A program made the translations under genes and the position numbers. Of a DNA stretch of 64,000 bases, positions 50,624 to 63,610 are shown one piece after another. A model generated the notes under the pieces. The model searched no databases. It was not told where the DNA came from and worked only from the letters and a program-made list of their open reading frames with translations. The DNA comes from Lytechinus pictus (taxonomy: Eukaryota). Position 1 is the first letter of the stretch; each line of letters starts with the position of its first letter. The DNA lies in the NCBI RefSeq assembly GCF_037042905.1, contig NC_087251.1:10604001-10668000 (forward strand), in the 5' to 3' direction.

Positions 50624-51722
50624 AGGGGTACTCCAGGCTGAAAAATAATATAATATCAGATATAAAAAAATCAGACAAACGGAACCCTGGAAATTTCATC
50701 GAAATCGGACAAGGGAGAACAAGGTTGTAACATTTTAAAGTTTGTCATTATTATGGCAAAACATTTCTACACTCACAAAATGTTAGGCAACGTACTGTCC
50801 ACTGTGTTGGGTAATGTCTGTTGGTTGAAGACAGGCGCGGATCCAGGGGGGCCGGGGGGGGGGGGTGGGGGGCACAGGGGGCACGTGCCCTCCCCCCTTT
50901 GAGAAGAAAAATTAAAATTCGTAATGTAAAAATGCCATTGAAACCGAAGTGTGCCCCCTCTTTTGAAATTGAAGACCTTTTTTTTCTTTTTTTGCTTCCC
51001 AAATTTTTCATGTTTTTCGGGTACGAAATATTGTTAATTTGTGGTTGTCAAAATTTGCTGATGAGCTGATATTGTCATATTCCCACTAATTCTTTTGTAT
51101 TTTATTATATGAAATTATGTTTATTCAAATTTCCTTCACCAAGAATGAAAAGAATTAGATTGAAAACTGATTTAATAGCAAGATGATCATCGCTGCAACC
51201 TATTTTGTAACAAGAGTCATAATTATCATACACTCTAAAAAAATATTGAGTAGAATTGCTCCATGAGGGTAATTATGTGTCCAACCAACATTGGGCATTT
51301 CTTTTGGGCATTTTTTTTTATCCAGTGTGATGAAAATTTTGCCCGTTCTAAAGTAATTGCTGCTTGACAATATGCTTCCCGCATTGGATAAAACACTGCC
51401 CCAAATTGGTTGGACACATAATTACCCTCGTGCTGGTTAAAATTTTACCCAATATTTCTTACAGTGTACACTTATATAATCATGATTTTATGTAATAACA
51501 TAAGAAAAAGGAAAGTGGGGATACATGACGTCATCAGTCCACCTAACGAATATTCATGATGGTGTGCATATAACTGTTTTTACAAAATATTTCTTAACTT
51601 TAATAGGCCTATTCAATAAGTTTGTTATTTATTATGAGATTTTGATGAAATTTTCAGCATTTTGCTTAGTAATTTTTTCTCTATTTATTTCGGTATAATT
51701 ATTTTGAGCCCCGAGTTCCCCT
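50624..51722. mobile_element. Kolobok/T2-like MITE in the K2P-A intron carrying two nested insertions
   Basis: ttaa|aggggtactccaggctgaaaa ... ttttgagccccgagttcccct|ttaa. Confidence 0.75.
51231..51466. mobile_element. CACT-ended (EnSpm/CACTA-like) MITE, nested
   Basis: ta|cactctaaaaaaatattg..gagggtaattatgtgtccaaccaa ... ttggttggacacataattaccctc..caatatttcttacagtg|ta. Confidence 0.8.
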
Positions 51723-52691
51723 TTAACTGTTTCGCAAATTTTTACAATGACGTCATTTTGATTCCGCGAAAGTCGTTTTTTATTCAATAGGGATAACATT
51801 TTCAAGACTGTCATATCGGACACAGACAAAATTTCGGAGAATTATGAAAATCATCCACTCAATACTCCCTCATTTTTTGTATGACAACAGCAAAAATAAC
51901 AAGTGACGCAATTATATTCCTGTTTATAGTTGAAAGACACTTAATATTACAATCTAAGTAAAGCGCTTCTATTACACCGGCAATCGCATTGTGTTATTTA
52001 AAAACGCAAATAGAAATCCATTATTAATTTGCGGGAGTGTCGTGTATTACATTACACTTTTCAGAATTGTTGAAGGTTTTAACAAGGAAGTTTTGCATGG
52101 TATTACACCCCATGTAAGATAATGTAGGTGAACACTTATTTGCTTTGCAGCCATTTGGTAGCCCTCAGGTGCTCTCAGTATACCTTTTGCCCCACTCCCC
52201 CCGAAACACCCAAAAATATCATGCTATAAAATGCTGGGTATAATTTTAACTATTCACCATCTTTCATTAATTGAATTGATATCATACTAAATTGACGAGG
52301 TTTACAGCAAGACAAGCAAAAAGTTGCAACTGTTTATTCCAAATTGAAATAGGAGGATCCGTGGTGCTTCCCTGCATGTCCCCCCCCCCCCTCCACACCG
52401 TGACATACGACCACCCTGATGAAGCTAACAACAATGTGTTTTCATAGTGAACGGTGAATTATTTTGTCTGAGCTGAACATTTTGACAGGCAAAACAAGGG
52501 GGTGCTCTATAGGCAAAACCCACACCATACCTTTGATCTGGGCCTAATTTCATAATTTTGTTTAACTCATCGATAACTTATGTTGCCATTGTGAAAAATT
52601 TGTAAAACGATCCTTATCTTATGGTAATATTACTTAAGTCAATTACTCTGATTCGAATTAATTTAATGTCTCAATCCTCTTTTTTCTTCAG

Positions 52692-53290
52692 GTTATGGAA
52701 ATTTTGCCCCTAAGACTGACGGAGGTCGTATTTTCTGTTCATTCTATGCATTCATTGGGATCCCTCTAACTGGATGGTTTCTTCTTACAATCGGTGACGC
52801 CCTTCAGGTATACTGGAATAAGATAAGACATCAGACACATCGTCTTACTGTAAAGATACCACATGAGCTCACCCGTAGATGCATTCATTTTATTATCTAT
52901 TCGACGTTCATCCTCATTATCCTCCTCCTCTTTCCTGGTTTTGTCTTGATGTACACCGAAGGCTGGAGTTACCAAGATGCCGTCTACTACTGCTTCATAA
53001 CGTTTAGCACGATTGGATTCGGCGATCTGGTGGCGGGGGATTCACAGAAGCACAATGTAGGCTTGTGGATTTTGAATGTAACTCATGTGGTATTTCTATT
53101 AATGGGACTGAGTATTATGTCTATGGCACTGAAAGGGATGGGTAATTCTCAGAAGACGAGTTACAAGAAAGCAAAGACAGCGGTTCGAGACCTCGTTCAG
53201 AAAGCAAGTAGGAAGAAGAGGCAGAAGTCTCCACCAGTGACAATACCCATTGATTTGAATACATCAAACGTTTCAAAATCTCAAGTTTGA
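52692..53290 (+). CDS. K2P channel gene A, exon 2 (M2, M3, P2, M4, C-tail); total 315 aa
   Basis: ttcttcag acceptor phase 1; GYGNFAPKTDGGRIFC, GIPLTG, EGWSYQDAVYYCFITFSTIGFGDLV; stop TGA at 53288-53290. Confidence 0.93.
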
Positions 53291-54145
53291 CATTAAAACT
53301 TCAACAGTTTAAACTTCTTGGAGCTGTTTAATGTTCCCCAGATAAAATTGTAATAAGCATTTTGGGTATAACCAGAAGCATGTGACGGATCCGAGATTTC
53401 ATTAGTGATGGGCACGGAAATGGGGGCAGTTTCTTCAGAACTTTCTAAGAAGCCAAAGAGAAGAGCCCTCACCCCTGGATTCGCATCTGCGGAAAGTGTA
53501 GTGATAGATTCCACCATGCAGAGAAAGGGACCTCGTCGAGTTCGAAAATATCGGACACGTGTGCTGTCGCTATGTGTGGTCATCAGTACCCGCGAAGGGC
53601 ACAGGAGGGCTGCAAAGTTTGATTATCGTTCTATCAACAAAATGCACCAAACTCTTTAAAACTATAGATGTCGAATTAAAAAAAAACACGCAAAAAATTG
53701 ACACCACTGTCAGTGCATGGAGCTATTAGCTCACCGTGGTCAGTGTTAGTATATTAGCAATATCAAGTTACATATCTTTATTGTGGAAAACTTTGATTCA
53801 CATTATAATCTACCAGGCTTTGGGGGTCATCGGGGACCCCTGGAGCCACACCCAGAGACTACGTTTGATTTGACAAACGTATTTTATGACACGAATAATC
53901 TCTATCCTCGTTCTCACTGTCGAGCGATCAGTTGCGAACGCCACGATTGGCCTTTCGTAACTGATCGCGAAATTTTTTGGACCATTCCAAAAAGTTTCTA
54001 CGATCAATACGATTGCCACGATTGATCTGATATGATCTGATACGATCTTATATGACCTGATACGATTATTACGATTACGCCACGATTAAGAGCATAGTCT
54101 TAATCATGGTGAGAATTGTAAAAGTGAGAAGGAGGTGAATTCTTA

Positions 54146-54545
54146 AGCCCAGCGCACACTATGCTATCCGATGCAACACTATTTTTTTATACATCGCATT
54201 TTGCATTACATGAAAGTTCCAAGAGGTAAAATTATTTTATTTGAAGTTCTGCATAATATTAGGAATAATAAAATCATATTATTGCTTTTCGGCAAGCCCC
54301 TTGGTAAGAAGTAAAGTCCAAATCGGCTTCAAGTCGCAGCCGATGATAACGTCATTACGAATTGTAATTGATTTTTGCTGTTATTCCTACAGGGAGGCTC
54401 GAACTAGACAGAATTTAGATTTCAGTCGTCCTCCTACGATTTTGAACTTTAACTGCAAACATCTATTGGTTGGAATGTTCATATAAAATGTTATTACAAT
54501 TTCTTTGACATTTGGGTGTCATCAAATCGCTAGTGTGCGCTGCGG
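54146..54545. mobile_element. MITE (cagcgcacacta TIR)
   Basis: cccagcgcacacta ... tagtgtgcgctg. Confidence 0.6.
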
Positions 54546-54566
54546 GATCCACTTTTTTTGGCTATA

Positions 54567-55613
54567 CAGCGCGTCCCAAAAAATGTCCCTCTGACATAGG
54601 GCTGAATTATTTCTAAAATGTGGTAGTATTCTCAAATAAATGTTCATGAGTAGAAAGCTCATTTTATGATCTAACTTCTACAAAAATTTCATTGGTCGCG
54701 CTTTAGCGGTTTTGAATACACACTCTGCTATGTAACAGTGGTGCATTTTAGCCCATTCCAAGTTTGCAGCATTGATGCATTTCTGCATTGTCTATGGCAT
54801 GTCAACCTCCATTTTACATCCAGGATCTGAGCAGGCACATTTCCCTAAACATATCCAGGCTACTTTGGTATGTTCAGAAGGACAAGAAACATAAAATATA
54901 AGTTTGTTTGATGATTGATAAGGGGAATCAACCAACTTGAAAGAAAATGTGAATGATGGATGAGGAAAATAAGCTGAAAAATAAAGGGGAATTCACAAGT
55001 TAATCACCCTTTGCGAAAAGAAACTTTGCCTGAGAAAATTTTGTTTTTTTCTTCTTTTAAACAGTTATGTCCAGTGATTGAATTAACTTGACATCAGTAG
55101 CTTATTAGCTAAACAAAAAGGAATGAAAACAAAAATGCAGTATTGTTGGAATTAGGCATGAAACAGACATGACCCGTTGTCTCAATCATTACATCTCCCG
55201 TTATCAAACATGAAATGAACTGTCAAATACTGTTTTTGCCCTTCTGACTGGGCCTTCTGAACATGCTCAAGGTTGTGATTTAATGAGCCTGGTTAGATCA
55301 TGGAGATTTCTCTGGTCAGATCAGGGAATTCGTTGGTCAGCCTGGTCAGAATGGTCAAAGTGGGTTGATATCCTATAGAAAGTGCAGAACAACAGCAGTG
55401 CTGCATGCATGCAAACTTGGAATGGGCTGAAAAGCACCACTATTACATAATAGACTGTGTATTCAAAACCACTGAAGTGAGACCAATTAAATTTTCATAG
55501 AAGTTAGAACATGAGATGAGCTTCCTAATTCCATACATTTCATTGAAAATTATTCTTATTTTTGGAAGTAATTAAGCCGCATATCAGAGGGACATTTTTT
55601 TTGGGACGCACTG
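54567..55613. mobile_element. Tc1/mariner-type MITE (TA TSD, ~200-bp TIRs)
   Basis: ta|cagcgcgtcccaaaaaatgtccctctga ... tcagagggacatttttttttgggacgcactg|ta. Confidence 0.85.
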
Positions 55614-57054
55614 TATAGGCAGGCCTACAGGTTCCAAGCCATTTCTATAGCTAAAAAAATGTAGGTTGATAACAACCGATGACATCCACTATTGGCTTTA
55701 GGGTACCAGCATTTATCAAAACCACGTGGCCAATATTCACTGGTGATCCGAATCGCATCAATATACAGAAGAGAGTTCATATGTTCTTATCTGACTTAGT
55801 GATCATTATTATGTCGATGGGGTCAAATGGAATACGCGGGTATAGTAGTAAGAATATAACCCTAATTTATAATTGATAGGCCTATGAAATAACATTACAT
55901 CAATAACATCAGCATTATTATGAATTATTTCGTTTTGAGTGATATTGTGAATTGATATTTAATCTTTATCTTGTAGAGATCAGGAAGCATATCTGTTATA
56001 AAAGTATATAGCAATGTTTTGTTCTTTCAATGAGGGGATATCTGTTTGCTGAATTGAGGACGTAGCATCCTAAACAAACACGAATTCATTGAATCCCTGT
56101 TTGTTGCAAGCCTCGACCCAAAACAAATACCATACTATACATGTCTAGATTGAATTTTAGTTATTAAAATTGTATATATCCACAGTACTTGTATGTGAAA
56201 TTAGAAGCATTTCCCTCTTAATCTATGTCAGTTTTCTCAAATCAAAGAGTTATCTTGCTCAAAAACAATAAAATTGTAATTGTCTTGCTGAGATTTTGTT
56301 TGTCAGTGGAGGTCCACACTTTTCTCCCTTTTAATATTCTATTTACGCAAATCTATCTCTATAAGTCACTATTTAGTAAGCCAGCTTCTTGATACTAATA
56401 TAATTATGACCAAAGCATAAACTGAATAGCACTATATTGTGTCAAACAGGATATAAAATTATCATGATATAGAATTACTTACGACTGAACATGCAAAAAA
56501 AAATCAGATTTATTGTAGTGCAGGAGATAACGTCTTCAAAATCTGATTGTGCAGATCAAATTGCATTCATATACGAATCACTTTACGAATTACTGGGTTA
56601 AGATGAGCAAATATGAAATTGATATTCATATTAGTCCTTTAGTCATTCCTTGATGAATTCGCAGATATTGTTGACTATAATTATTAATAGTGTTTTAATC
56701 TAGAGACGGTGCAAGTGATTGAAAATAGGAATATTGTCGGCGTGTATGATAAAGCCATGCATCATTTATCAATATATTCTTTCTTTCTTTCTTTTGTTTT
56801 TCTCTCTCCTTTTATTTTTTCCCATCACTTGAAAAACAATTGGAGAGTACTTCGCCCTCAACCCCTAACCATAATTTATAGCACCCTCCTAGCAGTAACT
56901 AGTATATGCTTTTTGTCTAAATTTAATTGAAATTATTCGAAACGTAGCTTTACTTTGTAATAATATGTGGGGATACATTTTCGTCGCATATAAAATATCG
57001 GCACTTCATAGTCTAGTATAGTTCGCAAAGTTGTGCATAATTATAGACACTATA

Positions 57055-57596
57055 ATTTAAATCAAAACCTGGTTTAAAGTTGTAGTTTAACTATGGAGAG
57101 TCAGTTGGGGCACAGTACACATCAAATTTATTAACTCATTTGACACTCAAATTGTTCATAATTGTCTGCATAGGAATGATAACTATTCAAACTATTTTGA
57201 AGTATCTGTCTTCATTATTATGTAAGCAACAGGAAACAAAATAGTAAACATAAGAGATATGAAATGTAAAATTTGGGATAAGTTTGTCTTATCATAATTT
57301 TAGCACTGACTTAGACCGTGGCCTAAGCCATTGCTAATATCATGATAAGCCAAAAATTCAAAAACTTTATGAACACTTTACGCTTTAATATTTATTGTGC
57401 TCCTTTACCTAGCTTAAATGGTGAAGAAAACTTCTTAGTTATCATTCTGAAAGAATTATGAATGAATTAAGTGCCAATTGTGCTGTCAAATTCAACTTCT
57501 GTTGTTGAGATTTGTTCCACAAATTTTGGCTATCCAAACTTAAACCACAACTTTAGACCCGAGTTACAATTAAACCCGACTTCAATATACGGGCCT
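57055..57596. mobile_element. Degenerate foldback MITE
   Basis: ggtttaaagttgtagtttaact ... acttaaaccacaactttagacc inverted arms. Confidence 0.55.
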
Positions 57597-58293
57597 ATGT
57601 GCATAACTCTTACGAACTATACTGCCACCCATTCTAAGTTACCCAATGCACTATTATTATTCACTTTATGTATAACAGTTATGTACGATTTTTTAAATAT
57701 CGTTTAAATACGAATAGATCACGTTCACATCTACTAAAGATATTAACCGCGTATTTTTGTAAGAAAAAATATCAAAAGGGAAACTTTAAGGTTTACCTTT
57801 AGTAGCCACAATTAATGCTTGAAAATGTAATTACACATTATGCACAGAACCGTAGAAAACAGAGTTGACGAATTAGACCCTATATTGAGAGAAAAGAGAG
57901 AGGGGTAGTGGGACACAACTATAGAGCGCGAGAGGGATAGAGGAAGACCGACTGAGAGACTGAGAGAGAGAGAGAGAAGGATTTGGGTTATGTACCAACA
58001 ATAGATGACGCTATTTACCTATTCTATATTCCTCAAGAGATCATTTTCGTATTTTGCCCGAGAGAGCGTTTCAACATTTTCGTCTGACAAATTATCTTTT
58101 CTTGATTTTTATTGGCTGAGAAGCAACATTGCTATGGCCGTAGTGAATCAGAAAAAACATGTCCCATCAGTTTGGAGTTGTCTTGTCTAAAGTATGAACA
58201 TGTAGTTATTGACTTATTGATAATTATGTCCTGATAAAATTATTCTTCATTTTGGTACCAATTCATACGGATCTTTGCAAACATGATTGACTA

Positions 58294-58875
58294 CGAGGCA
58301 ATCTCCAGTAGGTCTCAAAATCTCAGTTGCGCCAAGTCAATGGATGAAGAATCAAACAAGTGTGAAAAGGTAAAATGTGTGCACAAAAAGACACCTACCC
58401 ATCATTCCACTCACATACACACCCTCACATACCACTATACATTCACCCATACACACGGGCCCACCCACACACATCACCTCTCCCACACATATTCAAACAT
58501 GTGTGAAGGCCCAAACATAAGTAACTGCTTCCAAATCAGGCAAGCAATTTTGAAGTTAAACATTAGGACAGTTGGCCAATGTTGTAACCAATGAGATAAG
58601 GAGATGAGGAAACGTAAACACTGCTTTATAAGGGGTTTGTGAAGTTTTTGTGAAGCATGTGTGTGGGTGGCGGTGGGTGTCTGGGTGGATATGTGTGTGC
58701 GAGAAAGGTGATGTGATATGTGTAAAGGTATGAATGTGTATGTGTATGTGGGTGGAATGATGGGTATACATGTGTCTTTTTATGCGCACACAATTACTTT
58801 TTCACACTATGTTTGTTTCTTCATCCAGTGACTTGGCGCAATTAAGATTTTACGACCTTCTATAGATTGCCTCCT
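58294..58875. mobile_element. Foldback MITE with CA-rich/TG-rich mirrored interior (TA flanks)
   Basis: gaggcaatct..gttgcgccaagtcaatggatgaagaa..gtgtgaaaa / ttttcacac..ttcttcatccagtgacttggcgcaa..agattgcctc. Confidence 0.8.
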
Positions 58876-60748
58876 TATCAGTCATATCAGATAAAACATC
58901 CGACAAGTCCTTTCACTCCTCTGACTTTTATTGAATTATATCTTTATTAGTTTACTGAAATAACGATAATGCATGACGTAAAATATCTCATCGAATAATA
59001 AATGCATAATACACAAATAATTTCCAAATATTAAATAGCATAAAATACATGAATATTAATGTTGAACTTAGACGAAGTGCTAAATTTTGACATTGAAGTG
59101 TGCAAGCGCACGGAGCCTGTATGATAATTATGGAACGTTGTTTTGAAATACTCTCTTTAAGCATGGTATTTTAAAGGAAAGTGACATGATATTTGAAGTT
59201 ATTTAAAAATAAAAATTGACATTGTTACCTGTCATTTTCTGATAGCTTTAACAGGATGTTTTTTGAAGCAATATAATTTTGCAAATTTGAGACAGAATGT
59301 ACATTTATACATTTCGAAATACATGTAGGCATATACTGAATTTCATACTGAAATAGGGACACGCGGCACTATATAGGGGGAGTTCTCGATATGACTTTTT
59401 TTTTCAAGAAGTGAACAAAGTGGTCACATTCGGCAGTCTGTTTTTAATGATAGTTTTTATGAATTTCTCTCATAACATAAAATTATAATCACAATGCATA
59501 CAAAATCATCAAATCACATTTTGACATTGAAACACTGTAAAAACGCTGTTTAAAATTTTGAGCACGTTGTTTAAGCCCATCACTCTAACAAATATTCTTT
59601 AAACTTTTAAACAACTGTTTAAACTTTAGGACAAGTTGTTTAAGAAGATTAAACAATTACAAAAAAGTTTGAACAACTTGTTGTTAGAATGACAGGAAGG
59701 AAAAACATTGACACGCAAATATATAAATGTTTTCATGAACAAAATGATAAACAAAATATATAAATCGTATATTACCTACTAGTGGTATGATAATAATATG
59801 TATTTATTTTTTTTGTGTTAAAAAAAAAAATCTTCAAAATATATACATGCTAATCCATAAACATAATTATAAATACATCTTTTTTATGACACAATAACAG
59901 TCGTAGTACAGAAATGATCAAATCGCAATTATGACAGTCACGAAATTATAATTGAAAAAAAGTCAAAACAAAAACATCGTCAATAACACAACAACCTGGG
60001 AGAAAGTATTTTTTAAGGGAAGCCTTAACCCACCTCTCCCCCTATTCTAGCCCCACCCGACCCCCTCGATCTATTGCTTTAAAATTTAGGCGACATTTGG
60101 ATAATCTATATATTACGCTCCATGATATTTCGTTCGTTTCTTTGTCACCCCCCCCCCCCCTCTCTCTCTCTTTTAGAACATGATACGCTTTCGTTCATTT
60201 CCTCCTTTGAAAAGCACACCCTCAATAAAAATATTGATTTTCCATTCTTGGAATTAATATAGATGGAGTTTACTTTTATGTTTTGCTCTCTTCTAAGCAC
60301 CTTGAGCATTTAATCAAAATGGAAAAGACGCTATATAAATCATATGTATTATTGTTATCATTATTATTATTATTGGTTACTGGTACAGGTTAATGAGTTC
60401 GTTGGTTTAAAACAAGTAGCTTTGCAAGACAATGAACACAATGGCCGTGAGACAAAAGCGACAAGGCAAGACGCCCCTATGATATTTTTCGAATGATGAA
60501 AGTCTGACAGAAAAGAAAATAAGGAGGAGAATTAATAAAAAAAGAGGCACAACTCTATTGCATTTCTATTCGATTGAGAAAAAAATTATATAATACCTTG
60601 GCGCCGCCCCATGAATAGACGCATGTTATGATTAAGTTTTTGAGGGTGTTCTCTCCTATAGGGGTAAAATGAGACACTTGATTAGCCCTGCAATGAGATT
60701 GACCACACGGTTCCATATACCCCCCTCCATTAGTTTATGTTCTCGAGA

Positions 60749-61087
60749 TCAAATTGTGCTACTCCCTTCTTTGCTGTCTTTTTTCTGTTGCATCCTTGAT
60801 TGTATACTTCGTCTGTGTATTCTTAGAAGAGTTTCACGAGTTCTTTCATTGTAGTTTACACTCATTCTGATTCTCGTCCACCGTTCCGACGACGATCTCC
60901 TCCGCTCAGTGGTACCCGTCGTGATATCCTCTTCCTGCTTAAACTGATGCTGTAGACGTTTCCAAAAAGCAGAATGTTCAACCTTTCGAGTAACACTATT
61001 AGAGATACGAGTTTGTTTTCTTTGTACACTGTTTAGAACAGTAGAAATCATGCCCATACAGATGGTTACGTATATACATAGGATACA
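60749..61087 (-). CDS. K2P channel gene B, terminal exon (M4 and basic C-tail)
   Basis: ctacag acceptor phase 0; hydrophobic CILCIYVTICMGMISTVL then R/K-rich tail; stop TGA. Confidence 0.83.
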   Translation of the reverse strand, partial: CILCIYVTICMGMISTVLNSVQRKQTRISNSVTRKVEHSAFWKRLQHQFKQEEDITTGTTERRRSSSERWTRIRMSVNYNERTRETLLRIHRRSIQSRMQQKKDSKEGSSTI

Positions 61088-62047
61088 CTGTAGATTAAAG
61101 ATAAAAGAGATTAAAACATTAAAGGACAGAACATTCAAATATCTTTAGCGATTAAATTATTTATAAATAATTGCATTGATCTACGGGCGGTTGTTGGGTG
61201 TAAAGGAGCATGCACTGACGGATTGTGATGCTTATCTAACTAAACAATTAATGCAAATGCAAAACGCGAGCTGAAAATATTTGATATACTATTCTGAAAA
61301 CTGAACATTTCAAGCATATTTTTAATTATTAAAAAGATATGTAAACTTGAAATGCGAGCTGATATTTTTAAAACATATATTTGGCACTTTTTTGTAATAA
61401 CGAATCGCATGTGTATCTCGCTAAACAAACTAATATTATTGAATTTGAATACCTAACAGTATATTTTTGAATAAATTTACTTGAAAAAACGGGCTATTTC
61501 AAGTCCCATGCAAAAATCATATTGAGCTGATTTTATTTCACTTCACAGACAATGCGAGCGCGAAGCGCAAATGAAGATCATATAATCAAATATTGACCCG
61601 TTCGAAAGTTCTTCTATTTTGCAATTATTCTCTCCACTAATTTCAGTCACTTTTCTTCCTTTTATCTTTCTTCTACTTTTCCTCTCTCTCCTTTTTATTA
61701 TTTTTTTCTCTCCCTTCATTTATTTATTATTTGCACCGCTAATATATGCCCCGCGGCCGTTTCGGGCCGTGGATCCACCTATATGGGTACATGCCTTTGT
61801 GTGTGTTGAGATTTGGTGGTGGGATAGATTGGCTTAGCGTGTTGTCACAATTGAGAAGTTTATCAGTGAATTGCATTTCAACTACCAATCAATTATGTCC
61901 CATCACCCCCCCCCCCCTCCCTGGAAACTACCCATTTTGCGCTATTATTTCTCCTACGCCACTGCATATACAATAATTGTGTTACGACATTCCATATCAT
62001 TCCATTTACGTTTTACCTAAAGATAATTTTGTTATATATTTTCTCAC

Positions 62048-62451
62048 CTGAATAAAAGCTACAAATGGAATGTTCTGAAAGGAATGGAGACCTTCTGGCA
62101 CCAGATCACCAAATCCAATAGTTGACAACGAGATAATGGAAAAGTAATGACTGTTGATAAATGACCATCCCTGTGTGTAACTAAAAATAACAGTCGACAG
62201 CAAGACCAATGATACATAGGCGACAATGAGGCCGTTGATGACGCAAACAACATTCTTGATTCGAGGGTGTGATATCTTGAAATTCTGGCATCTGATCCAT
62301 TTCTTGGTTGCATGGAATAAGCGGGAATGAAGATACTGAAATATCTCGCCAACTGTGAAGAGAAGAGCGGCCATCATCGTTATGCCGAAGACAGCGAAGA
62401 AGACGCAGAAGTACTCACCAAGCGCCGTACGAGGGGCCAGTTTGCCATATC
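62048..62451 (-). CDS. K2P channel gene B, exon (M2, M3, P2)
   Basis: atgcag acceptor phase 1; GYGKLAPRTALGEYFC...QGWSFINSHYFSIISLSTIGFGDLVP; cag|gtgaga donor phase 0. Confidence 0.92.
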
Positions 62452-63610
62452 CTGCATAATATAGGTTTCGAGATAACGGGGACATGATGAAACAAAATAA
62501 TTGCCGTGGAGAACAATAACACCCAAGAAAAAGAATGATAAACAAAATTTAAAACCAATTCCTGATACATAAAGGATCGTAATAATCACAAATGCAATTA
62601 ATGTTTCGACTGAAAAGGAAAACAAAATGTCTCAGGAGACAATAAGGGATTGATTCAGTTCAAGAATAGGGAACTAGTATTTTATGTAAAGAGAGATATG
62701 ACAAAGAAATTATAGGGCGATTCCATACGTGTCGTACGGGACATCTTGACAACAATTTACAGTCTCTTAGCCGAGCTTGCGCAATAAACTTTCTTTTTTT
62801 GTCAACGATAAAGCTAAAGCGGGTAGTATTGTGTAAAACTGACAACCAACAAAAATGTTCGAGTACGGGTGAATTAAAGGTGAAAACGTTGTGTGTCGTA
62901 CAGGACTCTGAAATGTCCCGTATGACACGCAACATTTTCACCCCTAATTCATCAATGGAAAACATATTTTTGTTGGTTGTCATTCTTTTATATGACTGCC
63001 CAGTAGTACTTTAATACTACAACCAAACAAATTGAGGTTCCTCGTTTATTTGGACAACAGGTTTAAAAGTGTTGTGAAAATGGCTGATTTTTCTAGCATG
63101 GAATCGCCCAATATAGAAAAATATGTATTGAGGCTAAAAGGGCTAGACATGAAATTTTCTTAGAACTTACCAATATCAAAAGTAAATTTAGATGGAATCT
63201 AGGAGTGTCTATTGGGAGCGTCTCAGTGACCGATTAGAGAAAAATGTTCAGCTTTTTTATCCCCCGTCCCCACCCTTCCCTAATTCAACAACATAACCAT
63301 TGGTAATATAATTTGTTCAAGGGAGAATTATAGGGGTTGACATAATTATCCCACTACGGAACAATTTTGGAAATAAAAATCCCACAAAACAAACAAACTG
63401 AAACAATTCATACTTTTCAAAACTTTAAAATTGTTAAAGTTACTACTAAAGGACCAATACTGAATTTAAAAGTTTTAGAGTGAAGATCAGCTAAGATCAG
63501 CTAATGCACGGCCTGCTAGAAGTTTGAGGTCTTAAGTTATGTTCACAAAGTGGCACTCGTATCGAATATCATACAAAAGGCAAAATGAATTGATTACTGC
63601 ATCATCTTAC

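Noticed and set aside
53293..54025. ORFs of 69-96 aa downstream of K2P-A
   Set aside because: They overlap repeat fragments in the probable 3' UTR, with no domain signature or splice support
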